Shown: positions 1 to 13,118 of the stretch, piece after piece
How positions within the stretch are numbered: the stretch's first letter is position 1
How the letters are laid out: the number at the start of each line of letters is the position of its first letter
Assembly (NCBI GenBank): GCA_905178155.1
Contig: CAJINV010000001.1
Coordinates: 9,197,865-9,261,864, forward strand
Source: Amoebophrya sp. A120
Lineage: Eukaryota > Protista > Dinoflagellata
Length of the DNA: 64,000 nucleotides
Reading direction: 5' to 3'
Made by a program: the position numbers and the translations under genes
The notes under the pieces: model-generated
Databases searched by the model: none
Told to the model about the DNA's origin: nothing
Seen by the model: only the letters and a program-made list of their open reading frames with translations

Positions 1-541
1 GTTAGGTTTGTTGGCTCGCGACAATGTCCGAAAGAACGGAGAAAAGAAGCGGATTTTTTCTTCGCCAGACTCTCGCGGTCTTTACGGTGCAGACCTCAAC
101 GCTCAAAGCTACGATCACTGTTTTCGCTTGTCGGCTGCATGAAATTTTTATCTGGTTCCGAATCGCCGCTCCTATTTTCTAATCGACCAAAGAAGGTCTC
201 GGATTTGGCTGTTTTCTTTTTAATCATCATCATGGATTATTACGTTGTTTTTAAACCTCTAGTATGATCCGTTCTGAACTTTTCATGCTTAGAACGCAAA
301 GCTGCTGGACTTCGGAACAATTGATAATTATCCAGGCATTGTGAATTAGGTTTGGAACAAGGAGCATTCCAGTCTTGAGTTAAGTTTTTCTGGCTACGTC
401 CGCTATAAACACAATTGCGTGCTATGATCATGACGACAGCCTTTACAAAGCGTCCCGTACTACCAAAACGCGACGTCGCCCACGACGCACAATAATCACA
501 TCCTTGAAAACAAGTACAGAAGTACCGAACAAATCGCAAAA

Positions 542-3395
542 ATGGTCTTTCAGCAGAACCCGCTGCAGCAAGGCGTGCTGAAGGCGGAGGTGCATCCTCC
601 GCGGCACGCCCAGGCGATCAATCGGCAGCTGGAGAAACAAGTCCCCGTCCTCGGCGTTAAGCGGGCCATTCGTGGCGGGAGCCGGAACCCGATCTTTTAC
701 GCGCAAGAGACCGTGTCCGGCCTCCAGAAGGAGCTGTGTGAAGACCTGCACGACCAATACGCGTTGTTCCGCCAGGAAACGGGGCCGCTATTCACAAAGA
801 ATTTCAGAAATCGAAACACGGAGCAGGCGGTGAAGTTACTCACCGGCTTCAGTGAGGAACTCTACAAGACGTTTCACACAGCGAGAGATGCGGTAGGTTT
901 TTTTTCGTGCTTCAATTGCATTTCTTGATTTTTGTTTCACTCTGACACCGTACGTTATAATTCGACTTTCACATGGATGCTGTACCGCCAACGTAGACTA
1001 GAGTCGCCGAAGAATCTTATCGTTTTCAACCTAACACCAACAGCTTCGGCGCGCCATCCACGACCTGGCGCCGCGCACCCAGGTGAGCCCGAACCGGACC
1101 GCGAGCCGCAAGCCGCCGCTGACAGGTACCACGGTCTTGAGCAGCAGCAGCCGGAGCTGTACCCCAGAGCAGCTGCAGATTCTGCAACAGGAAGAGCAGG
1201 GTCTCGTCCTCGGATTGGCGTACTGGGAGCTCGCGCACATCTTGCTTTTCGACCTGTACGCAGAGCACCAGGTCCCCCTGCTGATTGCGAAGTGGTACAC
1301 GCGGCACTACTTGGATGAGTTTCTCCTCTACGGGAGGCAACCCGCCGACAAGTGGGCGCTGGTGATCCAGTTGATTCAGCTGGACTTGAAAGACGAAGCG
1401 CTGGGCTGTCTGAAGGAGCTCGCGGAAGAGGAACAAAACATCCGCGTGGTCCAGCAGGGCGGGAGGAACAACAATTACGCGCTGTCTCCGGGGGTGATGA
1501 GTAACGGAAGTAGCGGGGTAATTATAAATAATGCGGACAAAACGGACACAGAAAAGGATATCGAGGTGCTGATCGAGGTGATACAGCAAACGCTCACGCA
1601 CAAGCAGACTTTCGACGCGGTCGTGCGGGAGGGCCAGGACCCCTTTTCCGGAAACAAGGACTTTTTCCTCATCTCCGCCACGGAGCGCTACTGGCAGATG
1701 CGCGCCGCGCAGCAGGAGATCGCCCGGGACCGGCTGATGGATGTGTGCACGGAGCCCGCGAAGGAACTGCTTTCCATCTACGCCGGCGAGCGAGTCACGG
1801 CAACCAGCTGGGTGCAGCAGCTGCTGTTTCGCTACTTGTGGCAGAAAGTCGAGGTCGTGCCCGGGATGAGTCTTGCGACCGCGAAAAGCGTATACTTTGC
1901 TTTTGGGTTACAGAAAGGATTTTTATTCGCATATTTGTTCATCTTTCGTGCATGCCGAAGTTGGTTGCAAGTGCAACTACGATCGAATGATTTTTGTGGC
2001 ATATTCCGCACTGCATGTACAAAAATCTTCGTACTACACAGATTCGCAACCTGGGCTCGGACTGTCTTCAGCTGATGGAAGAATACGCAGAAGAGGAAGT
2101 ATCGGACTCGGACGTGGTTATCCAGCTGATTTTCCGCCGAAATGGGGACGGTTTGCTCCAGTACTTTGCGAACGACAACGAAAGTCAGGACGTGAACCAA
2201 GCGGTGCTGGCCCATTTCGCGGAAATGCTTTTTCTCACCGGACAGCTGTCGGAGGAAATCAGACACATGTACATGACCGAATACAACGCGTTTCTGTGCC
2301 GCGCGGGCCTGTTTTCCGAGTCTCTGACGTATCTGGATCCCATCGCGCACGCCTCGCTCATCCGGGAAACGTTTCAATGCAAGTACTTACGCGATTAGAA
2401 TTCTTCTAATTGGATGTGAACTTGCATATTCGTAGCACCCTGGGAACTACAACTCAAGTTGTGCTTGTGACTTAATTCGTTTTGCATGGAACAAGAAACG
2501 CGCTTCTACTTGTACTTTGTCAATCACCTACCCAAACAAAAAACCCAGGTGGTGGCCCACGTTGACCTCAGACGAGCGGCGCATGGAAGCGTTCGAACGC
2601 GTCCACGCTGACCAGAACGTGTACAGCGTCCTGCGCCAAGAACCCTCCGTCCTCGCGTCCGTCTCCTGGGCCCGAGCGCACGACTGCGTCAGAGAGGGTA
2701 AGCTCGGGCTGGCGATCTACTGGGCGGTGACCGGCGGTCCTGGCGACCGCGTGTCCGCCTGGTTCGACGAGTTGCTGGAAAGAAGTGACGGAAGTACAGA
2801 TGGTGCGCACGTGGTAGATGACGTCCTCGACTGTTTCTGCACGAACGAGATCGGCGCGGGGGAGTGGCGGAGCTTGGACGACTATTTGGACGCGGAGGGG
2901 CAGCTGCTCTTCGACAACCCAATCTACAACGCGCACCAACCTGATCTAGTGATTGAAAACAGCGACAGACAAGACAACTATCACAACAATAAAGACCAGA
3001 TCCCGCCAGAGAACGCCCTCCCCATCCCGCCACTCTGGGTACGCGAAGTCAGCGAGAACCGCGACTACCAGCTGCCAGCGGACTGGAACACATCAGGCAG
3101 GCTGTACTTCTTCGCGTTCTGGAGCTTTGTGAAGCAAAAGAAGGCGCACTTCAAGGATTTGCAAAAATTAGTCCAGCTTGGGCTGTGTCCGCCGGGGCAG
3201 ATCAACGCCATCCGGGCGCGGGATTTGCTTCCCTACGGCGCCGAGCACTTGACCATGGACGAAGTGTTTGACTTGGTCACAGATCAGTGCGACTCCGAGT
3301 TCAACGACGGCGAGTTTGCGGCGTATCGACAAGCGATCGTCATGAGCGCGCTGTCACAGGGTATTGCCCCAAGGAGGAGTAAATTGGATCTGTGA
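542..3395 (+). CDS. Multi-exon alpha-helical protein, probably nucleoporin Nup85-like
   Basis: GT-AG introns at 893-1043, 1890-2041 and 2383-2548 join ORFs 542, 1083, 1994 and 2517 in frame. Motifs WELAHILLF..LLIAKW, KWALVIQLI, WVQQLL, LAHFAEML and EYNAFL..AGLF..SLTYL recall Nup85 (from memory, not searched). 3' end uncertain (possible further donor at 3361). Confidence 0.5.
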
Positions 3396-3981
3396 GTTTT
3401 TTCCATTCCATAGCGACAATCTATACAACATGCAGGTTACCACGCAAACCACGCATGAAGAAGCAGCGATATCAAGCGAAAGAGAAATTATAGGATGACG
3501 CCTGAAGCAGGGGCGTCCCTGGGCTGGCACGAGCGGCAGCCACCTACTTACTTCTTATGTTCTAAAAAGCATGTGTCAGTGCTCGAGTGCAATGTGTCAG
3601 CTGCTGTCATGGATCGGTTGTTTAACTTGGGGTCATCATACATCGGACAATCAACCTCTCAGTTCCGTGGATCGAATGCCGGATGAGACGGAAGATGACG
3701 TGCGCCGCTCTCCTGAAAATCGATCGCTGTCGGTTTGATGTGCAAGGTCTGTTTCTACTTGCGTGTCATTTTAATACGATCAGTCCTCGGAAGTGTCGAA
3801 GCCCATTTATGTACTCCTACTTTTGACTTACCATTGATCTCTACACCCGGTAAGATTGCATTCCATCGGAAGAACCACTTTTTTTTTCCCAAAAAAAAAT
3901 TTCTCTTGTTGTGCTTTTTCTTGTATTTTTTTCTCATTCCCGATTTGCTTGACAACTACCGGCCTAGTTTCTTGTCTCAAC

Positions 3982-5209
3982 ATGGGCAACACCCAGGCGG
4001 CGAAGACGACCCAGTTCTTTTTCGAGGGTCGCGCAAGGTTCAATCGCAATGGCTACTTGAACGCCCTCCAGGAGCAGCCAGAGCGGTTTAAGCAGGTGGA
4101 CACTGCGAACCTCAGCAACCGGGTCTACATGGTAACCGGGGCCAACAGCGGCATTGGAAAGGAAGTCACGAGATATTTAGCGCAGCAGGGCGCAGAGAAG
4201 GTTTTCATGGTCTGTCGCAGCAGTCAGCGCGGGGCTGATGCGAAGAATGCGATCATTGAGGAGATCTCAAAATCGGGCCAATCGAGTGCAAGACAGGCCG
4301 ATGCGGGAGAGTTGCAAAAAGTTTTAGAAGTAGTCGAAGCCGACTGCGGCGTGCGTGCGTCTCTAGATCAGGCTTTTGACCGGCTTAGCCTGAAGAAGCT
4401 AGACGGGCTGGTCTGCAACGCGGGAATCCTAGAGTGGCAGCCCAATTTCACCCCAGAAGGGTACGAGACGACGTTGGCCACGCACTTGGTTTTCGGAGTG
4501 TACCACGTAGCCAACCTCGCACTCCCCGCTTTGCGGAACACCGTTGACTCTCGTGTGGTTTTTGTTTCTAGTGGGGGAATGTACAATTGCAAGTGGCCGG
4601 GGTTCAGGCAACTAGTCGAGAAACCGGCCGATGTGGGGAAAAAGGATTTTGACGGACAGCTACAGTACGCGTATGCGAAGCGCGGTCAGGTGATTCTCGC
4701 GGAAGAGCTGGCAAAAGAGAACCGAAATCCGAAATTCGTCTCCTGTCACCCGGGCTGGTCCGACACCGTGGCGGTGCGGCAGGCATACGGAAGCTCCGCA
4801 GCGCTCATGGAGCCGATGCGAAATGCTTGGGAGGTAAGTGTGTTTTGTGTATTAGTCCATCAAGTTTTCTTTTGTCGCATTTGGAAATTTTACAGTGAAA
4901 CTCTTCCATTGCTAGATCATGTTCAGTATGTGCTTTCGCATGCAACCAGAGATAGAATTCCTGCATTCCGCCTGATCACAAATCGCACAGGGCGCCAAAG
5001 GGATTTGCTGGCTGCTTGCGGCCAAGGCTACTGACCTAGAGTCGGGAGGCTTCTACCTCGACTGCGCAACTCAGACGAAGCACCTAGACGGCATGCTTTC
5101 AAGTAAAGAACACACTCAGAATAGCAAAGATGAAGTGGCTGACTTCATGAAAGGACTCGCAAAAAGGACTTCATCCAGCGGAAGGATCAGCACCTCGTCA
5201 ACTACGTGA
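3982..5209 (+). CDS. Short-chain dehydrogenase/reductase (DHRS12-like)
   Basis: TGANSGIG, NAG, VSSGG, YAYAK, HPGW motifs. GT-AG intron 4834-4990. Exon 2 reads GAKGICWLL..ESGGFYLD to TGA 5207-5209. N-terminus MGNTQ could be myristoylated. Confidence 0.85.
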
Positions 5210-6087
5210 GGCAGATGTTGATAGCGCACATTCATTGAGTTTTATGACATGTATGTTGTATGCAGTAGAAGTTTGACATTGGAAATCAGCATACGCCTTG
5301 ACGCATCTCAGTAGTATGTTTCGGGAGAACGTTTCTGCCACGCATGTTCCACCTTTCAGGCCTTTCTTGCGTCGATTGGTTCAGTTTTGTGAAGATCGGC
5401 ATATTTGAATGGTCAATCGTGTGCTTCAGTTCTTCTAGACTTGGTACTTCTTCGTGTCTCATACCGCATATTACACCTGGCACCTGCAGGAGTGCTGCAT
5501 AAAAGTTCAGGCACAATTTAAAGACAACCGCAAAGACCTAAGACAGCCAGAACAAGAAAGCTGAATGCAACTGTAAGTTCCTCCGGAAGATCCTGAAATT
5601 TCGCTGCAAAAAGAAAGAAAGAAACTGAAATTTAAAGAGGCACTGCCGATGGCGAAGCACAAGCGCTTAGAGTCAAGGTAGAAGTTAAAGTGTTGTTGAA
5701 CAAGCTAGCGAAGACAAAAGAAGCAAGATCAAAGGCACAGCACATGATAAAGATTTTTCCGCGAAAGAACGTAAGCGAATACTCTTTGCGGTAGGCTAGT
5801 TGAAGGTCCAACAAAAGCGACCCACGAAGCGTTGCCTGTGGCCAAAGAATTCTATTTTTGGTTTTTTTGCAAGTTTTTTTCAAACGAATCGATCTGCGAC
5901 AGGACACGACCCAAATTAACATCAAACGCACCCGGCTTTTTCAAGTCAAGTTTTTCCTGTCGATTAGCCGGCAGCAAAGAAGAAGTGCATTCAAGGAATA
6001 CGGTTGCCTTCGTGCGAAGAAGTAAGCATAAGTAGAAGGTTTGAAGGTTGGTTTTGGGAGAAGTCAAAGGACGCAAAGCCAGCAAGA

Positions 6088-7146
6088 ATGTCGCGGGAAA
6101 CAGAGATTTTGTACGACCGGATTACCCGTCTGGAGAAAATGGTGCAGGAACAGAGCGACAGAATTTATAAGCAGGACGACCGAATCAACCACCTCGAGAA
6201 GGAGCTGCTTTTTGGAAAGGGCCCTACATGTATACGGATTTTCTTAGATGGAGATGATAAAATTGCAAAAACATGATGTATTGAGACTGACCTTAGAGGA
6301 AGCGTGAATACTTCTAGAGAAACTCCAAGTACTAGTATTTTTGCATTCCATTTTTTATTACCCCCGCCACCACACCATCGACAGCCCGTAGAGCCGAGCG
6401 GAAGACCGACGAGGAGAAGCAAAAAGAGGAACAAGCCACCGAGCGGGTAATGGAAAAATTGGAAGAGCGTCGCGTCGACACGCGCTGCATCGATTTCTGG
6501 CGCTCCATATCAAATGCAAAAATGTCTGGGTCTGGAAACTTGTGATGCTGGGTGGCGTCTCATGATGAGGCTACAACTGCTGGCTCAGCATGACAAGTTT
6601 CTGAGCTCCTCGGTGTTGCCTATTCTGCATGACAAACTGCGCTTCTGCGTCACAGAAAAGCGGAGCTCTTGGGTAACGTGCATGACAGATTTAAGAGTCA
6701 TGCCAGACAAGCATGACAAACATGAATTCTTCCAGACCCAGACATTTTTACAGTTGATACTCCAACCCGGAATGTCACCTTGAGCTGCTGCGTTTCGTCG
6801 AGGACGAGGAGAAGCCGCCGGGCCGCGAGCCGGGACGCGACGAAAGTCCCTACTGGATGGCGACCTTGAAGAAGTACTTTGTTTTTTCATTTGTTGCAGA
6901 AGATGTATTGTAAGTATGACAAGCGCTGTGATGAACTCGATGGGCTAGAGAACTCGATACGGATGCGAACCACTAGGTACCTGTTAAGAAATTGATTCTC
7001 TAAACGCCTCGAATGTGAATGCAGAGTATCAAATTAAACTTTTCAGGCACCTGGACATCAAGCATGGCATTCCCCCGAAGGGAAAGGGCAAAAAGGGAAA
7101 GCGCGCTTCCTCCCGCTCCAGGTCCCGCTCTCGCCGACGCTACTAA
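6088..7146 (+). CDS. Small coiled-coil + helical-domain protein with C-terminal RS tail (candidate RNA-binding/splicing factor)
   Basis: Exons 6088-6229, 6385-6507, 6765-6873, 7047-7146 (two GT-AG introns, one introner) give an open ~157-aa protein ending KGKGKKGKRASSRSRSRSRRRY. Paralogous to 7815-8834. Confidence 0.65.
6508..6759. mobile_element. Introner/MITE family A, 252-bp subfamily, TSD CTCCA
   Basis: ~30-bp TIR TATCAAATGCAAAAATGTCTGGGTCTGGAA ... TTCCAGACCCAGACATTTTTACAGTTGATA. CTCCA at 6503-6507 and 6760-6764. Near-identical to 58153-58404. Removal restores ...DFWRS-NPECHL... Confidence 0.93.
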
Positions 7147-7814
7147 GTCACGATTGGATCATTGTTTTTCCCAATGAGCGACGCAATTACATGGTTTTTG
7201 ACACGGAGACAACTTAAACATTCGCTGTGGATGAAGTACAAGAACCGGCACAACTTCATCGGGTAGAACTAGAAATGGCATCTACACGACATTCACAAGT
7301 GGCAGAAATCTATTGTGCGCGCGAGCTCCTATGATCTTCTGGGTGTTGAGCCCGAATGTTTCACGTACGCCGCGAGATGCAGCTGGGCAGTTGTTCCCGA
7401 TTTATTTCACCAGTGCGGGTGCTGTACGAATTTCAAAGATCAGTTTTGGCGAGACCGCAAAAGCTCTAGTTTTTATGACACCCGTGCTGGATAGAGGCAA
7501 GCTCGCTCGCTAGGGTACTCGTTCCGGGAAAATGTAAAAGAAAAGAAACTTCCCGCCGTGCCAACGATGGTGTTGAGCAATGACATTGCACAAAATGTGT
7601 GTAGCTAGTTTATTCTAAAAGGTAGCAGCGACGCCTAATATTTTCAATGTTTCGCACAGGGTAAACGTAAATTGGCTTTAAATTATCGATTCGAACGCAA
7701 CCCAAAACTTCACTTCAGCGAGCTCAGAAATGTATTGAGTTCATTTTTTCGTCTCCTTGCTCTGACTTTGCGACATCCGCAAAAGCCTCATTTGTCAGTA
7801 GCATCACGACCATC

Positions 7815-8834
7815 ATGGCGGTCGCTTCTTCGATCCAGGCGCTGCAGCAGATTGTCTCGGGCATGAACACGCGGCTTTTCGAAACCAATGCCGCACTGGA
7901 ACGGCGGGTGGAGACCCTCGAGGATCGCGTTCGCGAACAGGCACGGACGATTGAGCGGCTGAATACGAAGATGACAAAAATGGAGTTGAATGCGCTGACC
8001 GGTGGGCAAGGTGTTTTAGAGGGGGACGAGCACCAACTTCTACCCCCCTCTTTCCCCCCCGCGAAAAGGCCACGCGGCGACCACAATTTGCTGCAGCACA
8101 TGCAGCAAATAGACACGTTTTCATCATCGAACAACAAACATCAGAGAAAAAACAGCAACAAGCAACACCCCAGCAACCCCTTCGAAGCGACCCCCGTGAA
8201 CTTCCCCGCGGACACCTCCCTGATAGACGCGGCGGGGCACGGGCCGCCGCCGGGCGGGCACAATAGTACCATCGGCGGCACGAATTACACGGTGCCCAAC
8301 CCCCGAGCAGGACATACGAACGTCGGGAACAGCGAGCTGATACTCCAGGAGCCGATCGGCGGCGAGCAGGCGGCCGCGGCGAGAAACGAACATTTGCGGG
8401 ATCGCGTGATGCACATTCTGATGACGGAGCGGCAGGTGGACCAGGGGTGTTTGTCCTTCTTCCAAAAGGAGCAGTGGTGCTGGGACTACTTTCTCCCCAT
8501 GCTGGAGGACCGATCAATGCCGAAGAAGACCGACAGCAACGAGTCGGCGTTCTGGACGCACATGCTGAAGCAGCACGTGGCGGGGAGCAAGAGCCGGGTC
8601 AACAACCCGCAGCTGGAGGCCCGGATACTGAACGCGCTGAAGGTACGCGACATCGACCAGGAGTGCTACCAGTTTTTGCTCCTTTACCCGAACGCGTGGG
8701 ACGCCATCGTCACCGACCTCGAGGACTTTTCGCAGCCGCCCCACGAAAAAGACCAGAGCAGGTTCTGGACCGCGAAGTGGAGAAACGTGCTGCAAGCAAA
8801 AGGCTTGCTGGGCCCCAGAGGGGGCCATCGATGA
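7815..8834 (+). CDS. Hypothetical protein: N-terminal coiled coil plus two tandem ~60-aa helical domains
   Basis: 339-aa ORF with internal repeat (DRVMHILMTERQVDQGC..ESAFWTHMLKQH / ARILNALKVRDIDQEC..QSRFWTAKWRNV), similar to the 6088 gene. Confidence 0.75.
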   Translation: MAVASSIQALQQIVSGMNTRLFETNAALERRVETLEDRVREQARTIERLNTKMTKMELNALTGGQGVLEGDEHQLLPPSFPPAKRPRGDHNLLQHMQQIDTFSSSNNKHQRKNSNKQHPSNPFEATPVNFPADTSLIDAAGHGPPPGGHNSTIGGTNYTVPNPRAGHTNVGNSELILQEPIGGEQAAAARNEHLRDRVMHILMTERQVDQGCLSFFQKEQWCWDYFLPMLEDRSMPKKTDSNESAFWTHMLKQHVAGSKSRVNNPQLEARILNALKVRDIDQECYQFLLLYPNAWDAIVTDLEDFSQPPHEKDQSRFWTAKWRNVLQAKGLLGPRGGHR

Positions 8835-9339
8835 GGGAGATAATACGTAGCTACACTGCTCTTTGACTTTGAGTTGGAACGAACATTAGCGAAAATCAGT
8901 AGTTGTACCGCGCACTGTTATCTTGACAATCGGAAAGCCCTACCATCAACAGTGAGACCTACTCGATACGGTTCGAATTCATTTTGCAAGTACGTGTCGC
9001 CACAATTGTGTTCCTTCCAAAGGGGGGCATTTTGGAAAAAAGATATTGACATCGTGGGGTTCGCTGAAAAAAATTGTCGGTGTTCTTGTGGGGCGCTTCG
9101 GAAACTTCGAAGAAACAATTTCTGGGGAGGTTGGGTGTCGTTTTATTCGTCTTTCCTATGGAGCCTTGATCATCGCATGCTCGTCTTTTCTGGAACAAAA
9201 GCACTTTGATCTTTTTGCACCAGATCCCCTTTCTTGGCTGTCCTGCAACCCCAGATTCATTTGCAAAGAGACATCGAAGCAACACTCTCTGTAGCTCATT
9301 CAGTGACAGAACCACCAGAAAACACCAGAGCGACAAAGA

Positions 9340-9741
9340 ATGGCATTCGCAGGCGGGGTCAAGACCCTGAAAAACGCCCCGGTCCCGCAACCCTCCGGTC
9401 GGGTACGCGGGACGCAATGGCGTCACGTCGCACAGGACCCGTTCACTCCGGAGGAAGATATGCCGGCACAGGTGAACGACATGGGCACCAGGGTAGTCGA
9501 CATCTACCGCAACATGCGACAGGAAACCGGGCAGCTGGGCGTGTTTCTGAATCAGGCGATCCGGTCCGACGAAGGAATAAAGCGACTAAACAAGTCCGCA
9601 AGTGTGCCTTCGATGCGGCGAGATATGGACTACACGACAGCGGTAGAAGTGAATATTTGGATTTCTTTCTTTTATGTGTTGTTCCTCTTTTTTGGCGTAC
9701 CATTGGTTGCACAGCGAATAGGAGACTCTACGAAAATCTGA
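9340..9741 (+). CDS. Hypothetical small protein with a C-terminal transmembrane helix
   Basis: 133-aa ATG ORF, coding-like composition, hydrophobic IWISFFYVLFLFFGVPLVA. Confidence 0.55.
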   Translation: MAFAGGVKTLKNAPVPQPSGRVRGTQWRHVAQDPFTPEEDMPAQVNDMGTRVVDIYRNMRQETGQLGVFLNQAIRSDEGIKRLNKSASVPSMRRDMDYTTAVEVNIWISFFYVLFLFFGVPLVAQRIGDSTKI

Positions 9742-9788
9742 AATAGAAGAAAACAATTCTACTTCCTCAGCCCCGAGTAGTCGAGCAC

Positions 9789-10055
9789 ATGGACCGCATT
9801 GCGGACCTGGAGGCTGAGCTGCGGGAGCTGCAGCCAGCGCGCGAAAAGTCCTCGGACAGGCTTGACTGCTTCAAGAAGGTTGCGCGGTTCAAGCGTGCGG
9901 GGCTCGTGGGCGAGCGGTCCGTACCGAACTTTGACAAGTGGAAGGAAGTTTACGGAACAAATTCTCGGCAGACGGAGTGGCGCGACTTCGCTTGCAACCG
10001 GCACAAGGTGGTACGGTGGACCAGTCGGGACCCGTTGTCGCTGCGGGGAACGTGA
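9789..10055 (+). CDS. Hypothetical small protein (possibly a first exon)
   Basis: 88-aa ATG ORF with GC-rich third positions. No recognisable family. Confidence 0.4.
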   Translation: MDRIADLEAELRELQPAREKSSDRLDCFKKVARFKRAGLVGERSVPNFDKWKEVYGTNSRQTEWRDFACNRHKVVRWTSRDPLSLRGT

Positions 10056-10631
10056 GGTGTCTGGGCGTGTTTGGTCGCTGGAGATAACCTGCAATACTTT
10101 TCTACGCTTGAGTATTCTCCACTACTTTGTAAACTACTTTTGCTTGGACTCATTGGCTCGTCTCAGGACGATTTGTATTCCCGGTATAGTAGATTCATTT
10201 GTTGATGATTTGATGTTGATGCAATTGTACCATTGTGATGCACGCTTGTGCGTGTTAGGGAATGAGATATTTTGAATTTACTTTCGCGCGAAAAGTCGCC
10301 AGGCAATGTACAAGTATTGCGTTGAGTTCTCTGCTGTCTTCTGCACCATACTGTTGAGTGAAGAGGTAATCGTGAAAGGAGGAGGAGAACAGTATTTACA
10401 CAAGTGTTTTTTTGGTGCATGTTTCTCTTTCCGAAAATTTTTTCGCAAAAGTACTGCCGAAGCACAGATGCCCATAGGTGTACCCAATACCCCCCTACAG
10501 CTAGGTATGCAAGACTACGTTCTGCATAGTTTTCCCGGTCTTTTCTCGCGCTCGAAGATGCAGTAGGCTTACGTATTTTTTTATTGCCCCTTTGTTCTTT
10601 TCCTTTTCTTTTCTTCATTTGCTTTTTCAAA

Positions 10632-13118
10632 ATGGATTCCGTGGTGCAGGCCGATCTGGAGCACCAGAAAAATTTCAAGCAGTCACAGCTTGAGGTGTTG
10701 CCCGCCGCTGTGGTGTTGACGTTTTTGGTTAGCGGGGGGTATGTCAGCGTGGGCTTTTTCCTTTACTTCAAGAACTACCTGTTTGAAGCGATGTTTGCGG
10801 CCTTCTGGAGCGTCGTGTTTATCACCTACCACGTCCACGAAGTCAATGCCAAGGTGTCGGCGCCGTACACAGAGTAAAAGGAAGTTGTTTAAATTGTTTT
10901 GCCGACTTCTTTGTTGTGAATGTATGACTCAGCAATCAAATGCTATGTAGAAGCGCTGCGAATTATGATACTTGGGTGAAGTACACGACCAATTTTTCCA
11001 CGTTGAAAAACACATACATTCCAGCCTCTACGCTCCCGGCAAGCATTTCAACTTGGATGTGCAGTCGTGGCAGAAATTGGAAACGACGTTTTCCGTGTTT
11101 GGCCTCCTCCTGGTGATCAACCACTCTATGTGCAACGTCTACCCGTTCTCCGACGAAGTTTTTCAAGCCCTTTCCTTCATACTCCTCCTCTACGTCTTCG
11201 AAGTCGAAACCTCGACGAAGTACGATAATGCCATCTTCATTCCTGTGATCATCGGCCTCTTCATCTTCCTCGTGAAATTGCTGCTCTTGTGCCGTTCCGA
11301 GGAGGAAGATGATTTGGAAAGGAAGCAGATGGGCTGCGCGTTTGCCATCTGGATTTTGTGCATCATTTACTACGGGACCACGAGAATCTTGATGTCCTTT
11401 CACGACAGCGAGGAGGAGCGGAACAAAAACGTGGTGTTGCAGCCCGAGCGACATTTCTTGGCCTTGCTCATCTGCGTCGCGATCCTGGTGTCTGTGCAGT
11501 CGGTGGAGAAGACGAAGAAGCGGTTTGAGAAACAAAGGATCAACCGTTCCAGGCGACATGGGAACAATCCCTGGGGCGGCCCGCGGGGGCGGAGATCCCG
11601 GAATCTGGCTCTCGGCGCGGAAGAAGGTACCAGTCTGCAGTCCTGGGTGGAAGATAGCTCTAATGCGCCCGGTGGCAGCGGTCCGGACGAGCCGTACGAA
11701 ACGGATGTGCAGAGAAAACTGGACATGTTCGCCAGCACGCCCATCGGGATGCAGCGGATCTCCCCGGGAGCGGACGAGGAGGAAGAGATTCACGCGGCGG
11801 AGAACGAAGACGAGGGCGAGGAAGTGATGGATCCCGATGCGCAGATAGGGAACTCAGGTACTGGTACTGGATGAACTGGTGTTTTTCGTTACTTAGAACA
11901 AGTGCGACAGGGTTTTTTTCTCAAGCAAATCGTTGTAGCTGTTGAAGGTTTCAATTTCATAGTGGAAAGCTTGTGAAGAGACAAACACTCGAAAACAGGC
12001 TTTGATCCCTTCGCACTCCCTGCAAGTGGTCCACCAAGACCGGAGCTCTCTGCCCCACCGGCGATACAAACGAGCGCCGCGTTGGTCCCGTCCCTGGCTG
12101 CACCTGCGCCGGTCGTGGATCTCCTGGAGGTAAAATCCGCGTCGGATGAGGAGGAGGAGACCATATCACTAGCTCCGCCATCAGTCGCTGCAGATCGCCT
12201 CGACGACGTGGCGGCAAACGCAAGCGCGCTGCCTGGGATCGTCGGGCAGCCGCAGCGCATGGAAAGCAAATCGAAGGAGTCCAGTCTGAATGAAGATGCG
12301 TATGGCACGTCAACCAGACAGGACTGATGTCAGTGCCTTACATGCTCTCTATGTCAATACATCGGAGAGCTTTTGGTCATGATAGATTGGTCTAGAGGCG
12401 GACACAGGACTTTAAGGGTCACTAGGATCGCAAGACTAGGATCCACACACTAATACCATGAAAATGGACGGAACACATAAGGCACGTACACAGGAGATAC
12501 GGAATGGCCTTCCATATAGGGGGTCAGTAGTATGATGAGTTAGATCCATACCTTCTTAATAGCGCCAAAAAAGTATCTAGATAGATAAGCGCTGTTTTCT
12601 CTCCTAGGCGGGCATGTAATAAAATAAATCGCTCACACGACAGAGACAGTCCTGGACGTTGACACGTCCAGAATGCACCTCCAGAGGTCCCAGTGCTTCC
12701 GCCGCCAGCACTGCCGGCTTCGAGTAGTAAAGCCTCGTCGCCCCAGTCAAGTCCGGGAGATGCTGCTTCAGAAGTTCCTCCGGCGCCTTTGGCGCTAGGG
12801 AGCCCGAACCCTCCCCGACCTGGTAGCCCCAAGGAGAAGAAGCACAAGAAGTCTCACAAAGGCAAGACGTCGCCAGAGTTAGAGCAGGACGAGCCGAAAG
12901 CTGCTGCTGAAGCAGACGACTTGAAAAAGGGGCTGACGCGCGAGGGCCGAGCGGTGTACGCAGCGCTGGAGCAGGCCGCCGCGATACCTGCACAGCTGCC
13001 GGATGCCGAGGCGAAAAAGGAGGACGTTGGAGAGACAAAAGCCAAACCAAAAGCGAAGCAGGGCCTTAATGTGTTTGATGTCCTCCCTCCTGATAGAAAT
13101 CATGACCAGGCTACATAG
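10632..13118 (+). CDS. Multi-pass membrane protein with long low-complexity C-terminal tail
   Basis: GT-AG introns 10874-11024 and 11858-11998 join hydrophobic ORFs in frame. A further non-canonical intron (~12310-12671) is needed to reach the Pro/Ala/Lys-rich 12693 frame. Confidence 0.6.

Noticed and set aside
2374-2524. TCAAT direct repeat with short CAAGTAC/GTACTTTG inverted ends as an introner
   Set aside because: Removing it with one repeat gives the wrong frame, whereas GT-AG intron 2383-2548 restores it. At most a decayed relic.
5286-5750. Possible small minus-strand gene (acceptor-like CTGCAG then VPGVICGMRHEE...)
   Set aside because: No recognisable homology or convincing first exon. 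Left uncalled.
6514-6783. Recurrent short ORFs such as MQKCLGLE...[11 protein letters not shown] and CKNVWVWKN (also near 26443, 38700, 57693, 58254)
   Set aside because: They are translations of the family A TIRs and internal sequence, not a protein family or transposase.
12306-12666. Element TCAAC...GTTGA with CACG flanks as a standard introner
   Set aside because: Element plus one repeat does not restore the frame. Treated instead under the T...AG intron finding.
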